64,000 nucleotides of DNA from contig JBGATO010000003.1 in assembly GCA_044229145.1 (NCBI GenBank), positions 34,358-98,357 on the forward strand, written 5' to 3'. The translations under genes and the position numbers were made by a program. Positions 37,046 to 47,210 of this stretch are shown here, one piece after another; positions within the stretch are counted from its first letter, which is position 1, and each line of letters begins with the position of its first letter. The notes beneath the pieces are model-generated. The model worked only from the letters and a program-made list of their open reading frames with translations, was not told the DNA's origin and did no database searches. This DNA is from Candidatus Eiseniibacteriota bacterium (GTDB lineage: Bacteria > Eisenbacteria > RBG-16-71-46 > CAZEPH01).

Positions 37046-40000
37046 TTACCGCAGCAACAGCAGGCGACTGGTGACCACGCCCTCCGGCGTCGTCACACGC
37101 GCGAGGCGCACACCGGCCGCCAGCTGCCGGCCCGCGCCATCGCGACCATCCCAGGCCAGGCGATGGACGCCGCGCCCGAGCGCGCCATCGAGCGGCGTTG
37201 CGATCCGGCGGCCCGCGATGTCGAGGACCTCCAGACGGACCGGGCCGCCGTGTGGCAGCGCCAGCGTGAACTCCGCGCCGCCGCGGCCGCCGCGCGCTGG
37301 CCGCGCGCTGAGCGCCAGGCGATCCACGACGACCGGCGGTGCGCCGCCATCCTCCGGCTCGTCGACGCCGGTGAGCGGGACGCAGTACGTCTCGATGCCG
37401 CTGCCTGCCGGGTACAACGTGCCGCCGTAGCCGGGCCGCGTTCCTCCGCCTCCGCTTACGTCGAAGGTGAGAGTGGCGCTCGAGAGGCACGCCACCAGAT
37501 GGACGCGCCCGCCGCCGCCCGATCCGCCGTTCCCCGAGCCGAGACCGCCGCGCGCCGTCACGGTGCCGCTGCCGAGCAGCACGCCGCCGCGCGCGTAGAT
37601 GCTGCCGCCGGATCCCGCACCCGAGGACAGCGCGAAGGTCGGATTGCCGTCCGCGGCGAGCCGTCCGTCGAGACGCAGGGTGTCGGTGACGACGAGGTCG
37701 ATCGCCCCGCCGCCCGAGCCGCCGAGGCCGTACAGACTCAGCGCGCCGCCGCTGCCGAGGTCCTTGGGCGCGCTCGGCGAGCCGTAGATGTGTCCCCCCA
37801 GCAGCCCGCCGTTCGACGCGCCGCCCGAACCGCCGTAGCCCGCGCCGCCGCCGCCGCCCGCCGAGAGTTCGGTGGCGCCCACCCCCGGTCCCGATCCGCC
37901 GACGAAGCCGCGCCCGCCGACGTCGATCGCGCCGGTGCTCTCCACCACCACGTTGCCCTGAACGTCGAGCGCCAGAGGCGAACCGGCGCGCGCGCTCAGC
38001 ACACCGTTGTTCCGCACCCGCAGATTGCTGGCCCACACCAGCGGACCGCCGCTGGGCAGATCGGTGCGCGCAAGGGTGATCGTGCCGCAGCCGTCGACGG
38101 TGACTTCGCCGCGCGGTTGCACGGCCGGTGCGAGCACGCGGATGTAGCCGGTGCCGGCGCCGCCGCGGATGCTGGTCGACCCGCCGCCGCCCGGGCACGC
38201 GCGCACGGTGCCGGAGAAGGCGTTGCCGCGCGCCAGCGTGAGCGCGACGCGGCCGCCGCCGCCGGCGCCACCATTGCCCGACGCGGTGCCGCCCGCGGCC
38301 GACACCGAGCCGCCGCCGACGAGGCTGTCGGCGGACACCGCAATCGTGCCTCCGCTGCCCGCGCCCTCGCTGAGAGCCGTCGTCCCGTTCCCGTTGCACT
38401 CCAGCGAGCCGTCGATGCGCACGGTGCCGCCCACCGAGAGGGCGATGCGGCCACCGCCCGCCGCACCGGGCCCGTACAAGCTCGACCCGCCGCCGCTGCC
38501 GAAGTCGGCCGGCGCGAAGATGTCGTCGTAGGTGGTGCCCGCAACGGCAGTGGCGTTGGAGTTGGTGCCACCCGTGCCGCCGTGACTGCCGCCGGCGCCG
38601 CCGGCTGTCGTGACCGTCCCGCCGCCGGCGCCCGGTCCGGTGCCGCCCGCGTAGCCGCGTCCCGTGGCGGTGACGATGCCGTCGGACGCCACGGTCAGGC
38701 CGCCCGTCAGGGTGATCGTCATCGGCACCAGCGCCGGCGTCGACACCTGGGCGTTGCCCGACACCGTCAGGTCCTTGTCCCACACCCAGGCGCCTGCCGG
38801 GATGTCGCTGCGCGACTGGAGCGCGCCGCAGTTGGAGTACGTGACGCGGCCGCGGACGCCGGTGCCGAGCGTCGTGCACGTCGAACCGGCGCCGCCTCCG
38901 CGCGTGGCCACCACAGCCGCACCGCCACAGGCCGTCAGACTGCCGGTAAAGGTCGACACCGGTGCGGTGACGACGATGCGCCCGCCGCCGCCGCCGCCGC
39001 CGTTGTTCGCACCAGCGCCGCCGTTCGCGGAGAAGCTGCCATTGCCTGCCAATGACGCAGCCGTCAAGACGATGCTGCCACCGGAGCCCGCGCCGGACGA
39101 CAACGCCGTCGAAGGCGAGCCGAGTGCGCGGATCACGCCGGCCACGGTCGCCGATCCGGTCACCGAGAAGGCGATGGCCCCGCCACCCGCGCCGCCCGCG
39201 CCGTAGAGGCTGGTGCCGCCGCCACTGCCCAGCCCGCCGGCGGCCGTCGCATCGCCATAGGTTGCGCCGCCGGGTGCGGCGCCGCTGCTGTTGGCGCCGC
39301 CGTTGCCGCCGTAGCCGCCGCCCGCACCGCCGTCGGCGGCAAGGCTCGATCCGCCGGCGCCTACGCCTTGTCCGCCGGGGTAGCCGCGGCCGTCGGCGCT
39401 CACGACGCCATCGGCGGCGACGGTCAACGAGCCGGTGAGCGTGACCGACAGCGGTTGCTGGGCCCGCGTGCTCAGATTCGCCTGCTTCTCCACGACGAGG
39501 TTGGCATCCCACGTCGCCGCGGCCGGGAGTTCGGAGACCGACTGCGCGATGCCGCAGTTGGCGAACCGGATCGTCGCGCGCGGGTCGCTCAGCGCGCGCG
39601 TCGCGATGGTGCCGCCGCCGCCGCCGCGTGTAGCCGCCGTCGCGCCGCCGCCGCACACCGTCAGCGTGCCGGTGAATCCGCTCGCGGATCCGTAGATCGC
39701 GGAGATCCGGCCGCCGCCGCCGCCCCCGCCGTTACCGCTCCCCGCGCCGCCGCTGGCATCCACGAGTCCGGCGCCACTGACCACTCCCGCCGACAGCCAC
39801 ACCGCTCCGCCCGCGCCGCCTCCGCTGGCAAGGTTCGGCGCGAGCGCTCCGGTCGCGGTGATGCTGCCGTCCAGCACGAGCGAATCCTGTACCGCCAGTA
39901 GGATGAATCCGCCGCCGTTACCGCCGTTGCCGTAGAGGCTTGCGCCGCCGCCCGAGCCCATCTGGAGTCCGCTGACCGGGTCCCCGTAGGTCGCTCCCGC

Positions 40001-41170
40001 GAGTCCGCCGAGGGCGTTGTTGTCCCCGCCATTCCCGGCGTGGCCACCGCCGCCTCCGCCGGCCGCCGTCGCGCCGCTGCCACCGGCGCCCGGACCCGAC
40101 GCGGGGAGATGGCCGCGCCCGTTCATCGTGATCGACGACCCCGCGGCGATCGTGAGAGAGCCGAGCACCTGCAGCGATAGCGTATCCTGGGGCGGAGCGG
40201 CGAGCTGCGCCTTGTGATCCACGATCAGCCGGCCCGGCACCGCGAGATCGCCGCCGACGAGATCCGTCGTCGCGCCGGTCGAATCGCAGTTGCTCACGTG
40301 CACCAGGCCGCTCGCCGTCGTCGTGTCGAAGGTGTAGATGGTGCCGGCGCCTCCGGTGAACGACGCCGACGTTCCCGTCCCGCCGCAGGCCGTCATGCTT
40401 CCGCTGAAGGTGGTCTGCGCGTACGACACGGCGATCCGCCCGCCGCCGCCGCCGCCGCCGTTGCCGGTGGCGGGGCCGCCGCCGGCCGACACGGAGCCGG
40501 CTCCCGCAAACCGCGTCGCGTCGATCCAGATGGAACCGCCCGCCCCGCCCCCCGTGCTGAGAAAGCTGCCGGGCGAACCGCCGGCGAGGATGAAGCCGTC
40601 GACGACGCACGTGCCGACGATGAGGCGGATGCGGCCGCCTCCTGTCCCGCCGCTGCCGTACAGACTGCTGCCGCCGCCACTTCCCATCGTGCTCGGCGTG
40701 ACCAGCGAGCCCGTGCTATTGCCACCGGTCAGCGCACCACTCGCGGCGTCCCCGCCGCGTCCGCCCGCGCCGCCGCCGCCGCCGCCGGCCGTCGTCGCGC
40801 TGCCGGTTCCGGCACCCGGCCCGGTGCCCGGCGCGTAGCCGAGTCCGCTCGCCTCCACGATCGTCCCGCTCGGCACCAGCAGCGTGTCGGCGATCGACAA
40901 ACTGATCCCGAGTGAGTCGCCTGGCAGGTGCGTCAGCCGTCCGAGGCCTTCGAGCCGCAGCGAATGGAACGCGTGCTGGCCTTCGACCGTGAGGATGCAA
41001 TTCTGCACGACGATGTCGTAGCTCTCGTAGGTGAAGTCGGCCGCGCCGAGGGTGGTGTTCGAGGTGAAGGTGTGCGATGCGGCGTGCGTGGGAGACGCCG
41101 TGCAGGTGACGGCGGCAATCCAGAGAACGAATGCCGCGAACGCTGCGCGTGCAGGGAGGGGAGTAGGCAT
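37046..41170 (-). CDS. Secreted giant glycine-rich repeat protein (5 repeats of about 230 aa) with FlgD-like C-terminus
   Basis: ATG at 41170 after GGAGG; signal peptide ending in THA; five units carrying 'GRGY..G.GPG...GGGGG..GG.GG...YG...P..GSGGG.SLYG..G.GGG.I...DG...A.G...GAGSGG...GGGGGRI'; C-terminal 'LEVLDIAGRRIAT...WDGRDGAGRQLAAGV'. Confidence 0.85.
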   Translation of the reverse strand: MPTPLPARAAFAAFVLWIAAVTCTASPTHAASHTFTSNTTLGAADFTYESYDIVVQNCILTVEGQHAFHSLRLEGLGRLTHLPGDSLGISLSIADTLLVPSGTIVEASGLGYAPGTGPGAGTGSATTAGGGGGGAGGRGGDAASGALTGGNSTGSLVTPSTMGSGGGSSLYGSGGTGGGRIRLIVGTCVVDGFILAGGSPGSFLSTGGGAGGSIWIDATRFAGAGSVSAGGGPATGNGGGGGGGRIAVSYAQTTFSGSMTACGGTGTSASFTGGAGTIYTFDTTTASGLVHVSNCDSTGATTDLVGGDLAVPGRLIVDHKAQLAAPPQDTLSLQVLGSLTIAAGSSITMNGRGHLPASGPGAGGSGATAAGGGGGGHAGNGGDNNALGGLAGATYGDPVSGLQMGSGGGASLYGNGGNGGGFILLAVQDSLVLDGSITATGALAPNLASGGGAGGAVWLSAGVVSGAGLVDASGGAGSGNGGGGGGGRISAIYGSASGFTGTLTVCGGGATAATRGGGGGTIATRALSDPRATIRFANCGIAQSVSELPAAATWDANLVVEKQANLSTRAQQPLSVTLTGSLTVAADGVVSADGRGYPGGQGVGAGGSSLAADGGAGGGYGGNGGANSSGAAPGGATYGDATAAGGLGSGGGTSLYGAGGAGGGAIAFSVTGSATVAGVIRALGSPSTALSSGAGSGGSIVLTAASLAGNGSFSANGGAGANNGGGGGGGRIVVTAPVSTFTGSLTACGGAAVVATRGGGAGSTCTTLGTGVRGRVTYSNCGALQSRSDIPAGAWVWDKDLTVSGNAQVSTPALVPMTITLTGGLTVASDGIVTATGRGYAGGTGPGAGGGTVTTAGGAGGSHGGTGGTNSNATAVAGTTYDDIFAPADFGSGGGSSLYGPGAAGGGRIALSVGGTVRIDGSLECNGNGTTALSEGAGSGGTIAVSADSLVGGGSVSAAGGTASGNGGAGGGGRVALTLARGNAFSGTVRACPGGGGSTSIRGGAGTGYIRVLAPAVQPRGEVTVDGCGTITLARTDLPSGGPLVWASNLRVRNNGVLSARAGSPLALDVQGNVVVESTGAIDVGGRGFVGGSGPGVGATELSAGGGGGAGYGGSGGASNGGLLGGHIYGSPSAPKDLGSGGALSLYGLGGSGGGAIDLVVTDTLRLDGRLAADGNPTFALSSGAGSGGSIYARGGVLLGSGTVTARGGLGSGNGGSGGGGRVHLVACLSSATLTFDVSGGGGTRPGYGGTLYPAGSGIETYCVPLTGVDEPEDGGAPPVVVDRLALSARPARGGRGGAEFTLALPHGGPVRLEVLDIAGRRIATPLDGALGRGVHRLAWDGRDGAGRQLAAGVRLARVTTPEGVVTSRLLLLR

Positions 41171-41455
41171 GAGGGGCCTCCAGCGGGGCGGAAGATGGGT
41201 GCGTCGATCGGCGGTGTCGAGAAGAGCCTGGTCCGGCCACTGCAGACGCCGGGGAGTCGCGTCGATCTGGCCGGGTCGTGCAGGAAGGTTGAGTTCACTG
41301 TACAGCTTTGAAAGCCACGATGGAAGCCGCAGGGAAGTCATCGCCGCAGGTGCCACGATGCGGCGGTGGTCGCCATCGTCGGTGTCGCGTCGCGGCGATG
41401 CGCCCGGCCCGCCCCGTGCCAGGCACGTGAGGCGGACCGGGAACCGCCGCCACGG

Positions 41456-44400
41456 TTACCGCAGCATCAAGAGACGTCCCGCAGCGGTGCCCTGCGGCGT
41501 CGTGACGCGCACCACGTGAATCCCGGACGCGATGCGATCTCCACCTGCCGTGACGCCATCCCACGACATGCGGTGTTCGCCCGCGGTGAACACGCCGTCG
41601 GCGAGCGTGGCGAGCCAGCGTCCACGCATGTCCAGCACGTCGACGCGGGCGTGCGTAGGCGACGGGAGTGCCAGCGTTACGAGGGCGCCGTCGTGCGTGC
41701 CTGCCCGACTGGCGAACACCGCGAGGCGGGCGACGCGCGGCGCGGCAGCGGCCGGATCGTCCACTGCTGTCGGTTGTGGACACGTCCAGTCGATCCCGCC
41801 GCTCGGGTAGATGGTGCCGGTGCCCGCGGGAAATGAGAGGCTGCCGCCGAGCGCCGAGAACGTGTACAGGGCGCCTGCATTCGTGCAGGCGGTGACGTGG
41901 ATGCGGCCACCACCACCGCTGCCTCCCAGCCCCCCGCCGTCGCCGCCCGTCGCGGTGACGGTTCCAACGCCTGCGAGTGCGGCGCTGTTCACGTAGACGC
42001 TGCCGCCCGATCCCGCGCCCGCGAACGGAGACGCCGATCCCTGGCCGTTCGCGTTGATCGACCCGTTCAAGCGCAACGTGTCCGACACGACGAGGTAGAC
42101 GGCGCCGCCACCCGCACCGCCAATGCCGTAGAAGCTCGCGCCACCGCCGCTACCGAGATCGACGGGGATCGCGGCAGTGCCATAGGTGCTGCCGCCCGGC
42201 GCGCCACCCGCCGCCGCGCCGGCGCCCCCATAGCCGCCCCCGCCGCCGAATGTCCCGTTCGCTCCGCCAGCGCCGAGTCCTTGCCCTGAGGCAGAGCCGC
42301 GCGCATCCGCCATGATCGACGACAGCGAGTCGACGGTGACATTGCCCGTGACCTCGAGGTGGAGGGGCGATCCCGCCGTCGCCGCGAGCGAGCCGCGGTT
42401 GCGCAGCCGCACGTTGGCGGTCCAGGTGTGCGTGCCGGCGGGCAACTCTGTGCGACCATCGTTGGTGGAGTTGCAGGCGTCCACGAGCAGTTCGCCGCGC
42501 GGCTGCGACGCGACCTTGGTGTAGATCGTGCCGGCTCCGCCGCCGAACCACGTCTGCGTGCTCGCAGGACTGCACGCGGTGGCGGTGCCGCTGTAGGTGC
42601 TCGTGTTGACGAAGAGCGCGATCCGTCCGCCACCGCCGCTGCCGCCGGTTCCTGCCGTGGCACCGCCGGCCGCCGAGATCGCGCCCGTCCCGGTGAGGCT
42701 GCCGACGGTGGCCATCACGCTGCCGCCCGCTCCGCCGCCAGATGACGAACTCACCGAGCCGGCTCCCGGCGCGCCGTCGGCCGAGAGCCGTCCGAGCACC
42801 GTGCACACGCCGTTGACCGTGAGGGCGATCGCTCCGCCTCCCGCGCCGCCGTCGTGGCCGCCGGTGCCTCCGTACCCGCCCGGGCTGCCGAAGTCCACCG
42901 GCGCGAACGGGCTGTCGTACGTCACGCCGCCCGCCATGAGGTAGCCGTTCTGCATGCCGCTGCCGCCGGCGCCGCCGTGACCGCCGCCACTCGCGAAGCC
43001 GGGGTAGGCTTGGCCTTGACCCGGCCCCGTCCACGGCTGATAGCCGCGGCCGTCGACCGCCAGCGCGCCCAACGGCTGGATGGTCAAGAACCCGGCCAGC
43101 GCGAGCGAGAGAATCTGCGCCGGCGGCGAGCTGACCACCGCCATACTGTCGATGACGAGATTGGCGTCCCAGTTCGACGCTGCGGGGAGGTCCGAGGTCG
43201 CGCCGGCGAGCCCGCCATTCGAGAAGCTCACCGTCGGACGCGGCGCGGCGAACAAGCGCGAGGTGATCGAGCCTGCGCCGCCCGGACGCGGACCGCCGCC
43301 ACCCCAGGCGCGCGCGGCGCCGCTGAACGTGCTGCTCGAGCCGGTCAGCGAGATGCGGCCGCCGCCGCCGCTGCCGCCGAAGTTCGTCGCGCTGCCGCCG
43401 CTGGCGCTGATGACGCCGGTGCCCGCGAGGGAACTACAGGTCACGCGAATGCTGCCGCCTGATCCGCCGCCCGCGTCGGTCGCGCCGCTGGCGCCGTCGG
43501 CGGTCAGCGTGCCGTTTACCGTGAGCGCACCGAGCACGGTCAGGTCGAGGACACCGCCGCCCGCGCCACCGGCACCGTAGAAGCTGGCACCGCCGCCGCT
43601 GCCCGCGTCGACCACGCTCAGCGGCGAGCCGTAGGTGCTGCCGCCCGATCCGGGCAGGCTCGCGTTGTCGCCGCCGTTCCCGCCGAACGCGCCGCCGCCA
43701 CCACCGCCAAAGATGTCCACATCGCCGGCGCCAGGCCCGGTGCCACCGGCGGCGCCGCGTCCCGACATGGTCACGCTGCCGGTCGCGCCGATGGTCAGCG
43801 CGCCGGTCGTCAGCGCCAGAGTCTGCGCGCCTGCGGGGCTGGTGAGATGCGCGCCGCGCTCGACGATGAGATCTCCGTTGATCGCCGTGCCAGACGGCAG
43901 CGTCGTGATGCCGCCGTCGACGTCGCAGTTGGCGATGCGCAGCAGGCCGGCGCTGGTCGTCGCCCGGAACGTGTAGATGGTGCCGGCGCCACCGTGCGAG
44001 CCGGCGTTCGACGACACGCCCCCGCACGCCTCCGAGCTGCCGGTGTAGGTGATCGTGTTGTACACCGCGGCGATGCAGCCACCGCCACCCGCGCCGCCGC
44101 TGCCGCTCGCGTCGCCACCGCGAACGCTCACGGTGCCGGAGCCCGCGAGGGTTCCGACGCTGACGAACACCGTGCCGCCGGCGCCGCCGCCCGATGTGGT
44201 CGTCGGGGCTGTCGCGCCACGCGCCGAAAGTTCGCCGTCGATGCGCAGGGTGCCGGTCACGACGAGTTTGATGTATCCGCCGCCGGCCCCGCCGGCGCCC
44301 AGGAACCCGTGCCCGCCGCCGCTTCCCATGAGAAGCGGGAACGTCACGGCGTCACCGCACACACCGCCGGTCAGCGCGGCGCCGAGCGCGTCGCCGCCGT

Positions 44401-44806
44401 GTCCCGCGTGACCGCCACCGCCGCCCGACAAACTGCTCCCGACGCCCGCGGACGGGCCGGTGTCGGACGCGAATCCCAACCCGTCGGCGAACACGTGCGA
44501 GGAGGCGTCCACCGTCATGTCGGCCTGCACGCCCAGAGAGAGGCCCGTCGAATCCGCCGCAACACTCGGGCTCATCGTTCCGCCGGTGAGCGTCACCGAA
44601 TGGAACGTGTGCCCCCCTTGGAGGAACAGTGTGCAGTTCAGCACCGTGATGTCGTAGCCGTCGTATTGGAAGTCGGAGGCGCCGAGCGTGGTGGTGGAGG
44701 TGAAGGTGTGGGACAGCGCGAGCGCCGGTGTCGCCGGAAAGGCGAGGGCGAGGGTGAGAAGCGCGCCGGACATCCACCAGGGCGCACGCAGGCAGGGACG
44801 GGACAC
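41456..44806 (-). CDS. Secreted glycine-rich repeat protein, paralog (4 repeats) with FlgD-like C-terminus
   Basis: GTG at 44806 after GGAG (alternative ATG at 44773); N-terminus 'HTFTS.TTLGA.DF.Y..YDI.V.NC.L' shared with the 37046 gene; C-terminal 'VDVLDMRGRWLATL...WDG...GDRIASG'. Confidence 0.85.
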   Translation of the reverse strand: MSRPCLRAPWWMSGALLTLALAFPATPALALSHTFTSTTTLGASDFQYDGYDITVLNCTLFLQGGHTFHSVTLTGGTMSPSVAADSTGLSLGVQADMTVDASSHVFADGLGFASDTGPSAGVGSSLSGGGGGHAGHGGDALGAALTGGVCGDAVTFPLLMGSGGGHGFLGAGGAGGGYIKLVVTGTLRIDGELSARGATAPTTTSGGGAGGTVFVSVGTLAGSGTVSVRGGDASGSGGAGGGGCIAAVYNTITYTGSSEACGGVSSNAGSHGGAGTIYTFRATTSAGLLRIANCDVDGGITTLPSGTAINGDLIVERGAHLTSPAGAQTLALTTGALTIGATGSVTMSGRGAAGGTGPGAGDVDIFGGGGGGAFGGNGGDNASLPGSGGSTYGSPLSVVDAGSGGGASFYGAGGAGGGVLDLTVLGALTVNGTLTADGASGATDAGGGSGGSIRVTCSSLAGTGVISASGGSATNFGGSGGGGRISLTGSSSTFSGAARAWGGGGPRPGGAGSITSRLFAAPRPTVSFSNGGLAGATSDLPAASNWDANLVIDSMAVVSSPPAQILSLALAGFLTIQPLGALAVDGRGYQPWTGPGQGQAYPGFASGGGHGGAGGSGMQNGYLMAGGVTYDSPFAPVDFGSPGGYGGTGGHDGGAGGGAIALTVNGVCTVLGRLSADGAPGAGSVSSSSGGGAGGSVMATVGSLTGTGAISAAGGATAGTGGSGGGGRIALFVNTSTYSGTATACSPASTQTWFGGGAGTIYTKVASQPRGELLVDACNSTNDGRTELPAGTHTWTANVRLRNRGSLAATAGSPLHLEVTGNVTVDSLSSIMADARGSASGQGLGAGGANGTFGGGGGYGGAGAAAGGAPGGSTYGTAAIPVDLGSGGGASFYGIGGAGGGAVYLVVSDTLRLNGSINANGQGSASPFAGAGSGGSVYVNSAALAGVGTVTATGGDGGGLGGSGGGGRIHVTACTNAGALYTFSALGGSLSFPAGTGTIYPSGGIDWTCPQPTAVDDPAAAAPRVARLAVFASRAGTHDGALVTLALPSPTHARVDVLDMRGRWLATLADGVFTAGEHRMSWDGVTAGGDRIASGIHVVRVTTPQGTAAGRLLMLR

Positions 44807-44864
44807 GGGAGAGTCTCCAACGAAGGAGGCGAGGGGCGGAGAACGGGAAATCCTGAGTCGCGAA

Positions 44865-44873
44865 AGCATAGCA
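44865..44873 (-). promoter_or_regulatory. Extended -10 element for the Gly-rich genes
   Basis: Minus strand TGC-TATGCT. Confidence 0.35.
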
Positions 44874-45018
44874 GAGTTGGCGGCGCGCCGTGGCCTCCTG
44901 CGGTGCCAGCGGCCACCTTTGGCGGGCTGGCCGAGGTTCCGTCGATGCGCTAGAGTACCGCTCCCGCCCGCCTTACCCGGCGTGACACCGGCCCGAAGTC
45001 GCGAGGAAGGACCCTGCC

Positions 45019-46248
45019 ATGAACGTCATCTTCGTCGAACCCGCGTTCCCCACGTACCAGCGGCAATTCGTCCGCGGACTCGCCGAAGCCGGCGCCACGG
45101 TGATCGGGATCGGTGAGCGGCCGGCCGACTTCCTCGACAACGATCTCAAGCGCTGGATGTCCCACTACGAGCAGGTGCCGTCGGTGTGCGACGAGGACGC
45201 GATGTTGCGCGTCGTGCGCTGGCTGCAAGACCGCCTGCCGATCCACGCCCTCGAAGCGACCATCGAAGCGCACATCCTGCCGATCGCCCACGTCCGCGAG
45301 AAGTGCGGCATCACCGGCACCAGCGTGCGCTCGGCGTTCCTGTGCCGCGACAAGCCGGCGATGAAGGAGGCGCTGCGCGAGGCCGGCATCCCGTGCGCGC
45401 AGTCGATGGGCAGCGAGTCGTCGCGCGAGTTGATCGAGTTCGCCGAGAAAGTCGGCTATCCGGTGATCCTCAAGCCGCGCGCGTCGGCGGGCGCCGCCGG
45501 CACCTACCGCTGCGACACCGAGCAGGAGTTGCGCGCCGCGATGGCCGAGTGCGGCATCGACCACGGCGGATCGGCGGCGCTCGAGGAGTTCATCGACGGA
45601 CACGAAGGCTTCTACGACACCATCGTCATGAACGGCACCATCACGCATGACTTCATGTCGCACTACTATCCCGGCGTGCTCGAGGCGATGCGCACGCGCT
45701 GGATCTCCCCGCAGATCATCTCGACCAACCGCATCGACGACGCGCCGGCCTACGCCGAAGTGCGCGAAATGGGCCGCAAGGTGATCGAGATCCTCGGCCT
45801 CACGCACGGCACGACCGCCACGCACATGGAGTGGTTCTTCGGGTCGAAGGGTCTCAAGTTCTCCGAGATCGGCTGCCGCCCGCCGGGCGTGGCGATGTGG
45901 GACGTGCACTGCGCCGGCAACGAGATCGACTTGTACAAGGAGTGGGCGATGGGCGTCGTGCATGGACGTCCGTCGGCGCAGCCGTCGCGGCACTTCTCGG
46001 CCGGCATGATCGCCATTCGCCCGAATCAGGACGGTCACTTCACGCACTTCGAAGGCCGCGAGTTCTTGCACCACGCGTTCGGCGAGTGGCTGATCGACGA
46101 GCATTTCCCGCCGGTCGGGCACGCGACGCAGCCGGTGGAAGCCGGCTACATGGCGAACGTGTGGATCCGCATGCGGCACCCCGACTACGACGAACTGCGC
46201 GAGATCCTCGACACCGTCGGCCGCACCGTGAAGGCGTTCGCCGAGTGA
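45019..46248 (+). CDS. ATP-grasp domain ligase (paralog C)
   Basis: AGGA RBS; CRDKPAMK, GYPVILKPRASAGA, LEEFIDG, THMEWF, SEIGCRPPG; homologous to the 23693 and 24932 genes. Confidence 0.88.
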   Translation: MNVIFVEPAFPTYQRQFVRGLAEAGATVIGIGERPADFLDNDLKRWMSHYEQVPSVCDEDAMLRVVRWLQDRLPIHALEATIEAHILPIAHVREKCGITGTSVRSAFLCRDKPAMKEALREAGIPCAQSMGSESSRELIEFAEKVGYPVILKPRASAGAAGTYRCDTEQELRAAMAECGIDHGGSAALEEFIDGHEGFYDTIVMNGTITHDFMSHYYPGVLEAMRTRWISPQIISTNRIDDAPAYAEVREMGRKVIEILGLTHGTTATHMEWFFGSKGLKFSEIGCRPPGVAMWDVHCAGNEIDLYKEWAMGVVHGRPSAQPSRHFSAGMIAIRPNQDGHFTHFEGREFLHHAFGEWLIDEHFPPVGHATQPVEAGYMANVWIRMRHPDYDELREILDTVGRTVKAFAE

Positions 46249-47210
46249 GTCCACGTCTCGTCACGCTGCTCGGCCCGCAGCGGCATGATCCCACCGTCGC
46301 CGCGACGTTGAAGGATCTCGGGCTGAGCGGACGCGTCGCCACCATTACCGCCGGGTGGCAAGAACGCGAACTCGAAGACCAGGAACTGCACGAGCATCTC
46401 GCCGGCGATACCGTGAATCTCCAACTGTGGACGCGCAGCGAGACGATCTTCGGCGGCGATGCGGACTTCACCGTGGCGCACCGCAAGCGGCAAGAAACGA
46501 TGCGCGACATGCGCGAGCTGTACAACGTGCGGTTGGCGCACGCCAAGGCCGCGGCGTACGCGCTCCTCAAGCGGCCCGGCACCAGCGCGGCGCTGGAGGC
46601 GGAGCGTCTCGACGCGGTGGAGGCGGTGCGCCGGCTCGACGCGCATCACCTGTTGCGCATCCGCGAGCTGCGCGCCGCGTTCGACGCCGAGTGGGGGCCG
46701 ACGCAGCGGCCGGCGGTGGTGGAGGCGCGCGCCGAGTTGCGCGAGATCCTCGACGGCTGCAGTGTGATTGCGATCGCCGGCGGTCACGTTGCCGTGCTCC
46801 TCAATCGCATGCTGTTGTTCGGTCTCGGCGAGTTGATCGCCGGCAAGCCCGTGCTGGCGTGGAGCGCCGGCGCGATGGCGATTGGCGAACGCATCGTGCT
46901 GTTCCACGACACGCCGCCCTGGGGCCCGGGCAACGCGGAGGTTCTGGATCTCGGTCTCGGCTTGACGCGCGGCGTCATCGCGCTGCCGCACGCGGCGAAG
47001 CGGCTGCGGCTCGGCGATCCGCATCGTGTGTGGATGTTCGCGCGCCGGTTCGCGCCGGACGTTTGCGTGCCGCTCGACGCCAATGGCCGCGTCGACGTGC
47101 GCGACGGCGCGATGGTGGGCCCGGCGAGCGCGCCACGCCTCCACGTCGAAGGCCGCGTCGTCGTCGCGGACGGCACGCCGGTGCGGGTGGCCGCGGAGGT
47201 CGCGGCATGA
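46245..47210 (+). CDS. Peptidase S51 / class I glutamine amidotransferase-like protein (peptidase E/cyanophycinase-like)
   Basis: GTGA overlap with the upstream stop; 'IAIAGGH' oxyanion strand, nucleophile elbow AWSAGAM, 'GLGL...LPHA'. Confidence 0.7.
   Translation: MSPRLVTLLGPQRHDPTVAATLKDLGLSGRVATITAGWQERELEDQELHEHLAGDTVNLQLWTRSETIFGGDADFTVAHRKRQETMRDMRELYNVRLAHAKAAAYALLKRPGTSAALEAERLDAVEAVRRLDAHHLLRIRELRAAFDAEWGPTQRPAVVEARAELREILDGCSVIAIAGGHVAVLLNRMLLFGLGELIAGKPVLAWSAGAMAIGERIVLFHDTPPWGPGNAEVLDLGLGLTRGVIALPHAAKRLRLGDPHRVWMFARRFAPDVCVPLDANGRVDVRDGAMVGPASAPRLHVEGRVVVADGTPVRVAAEVAA

Noticed and set aside
37400..44500. CRISPR or VNTR interpretation of the gccgccgcc runs
   Set aside because: These are glycine codons of the coding repeats; there is no constant repeat-spacer periodicity.
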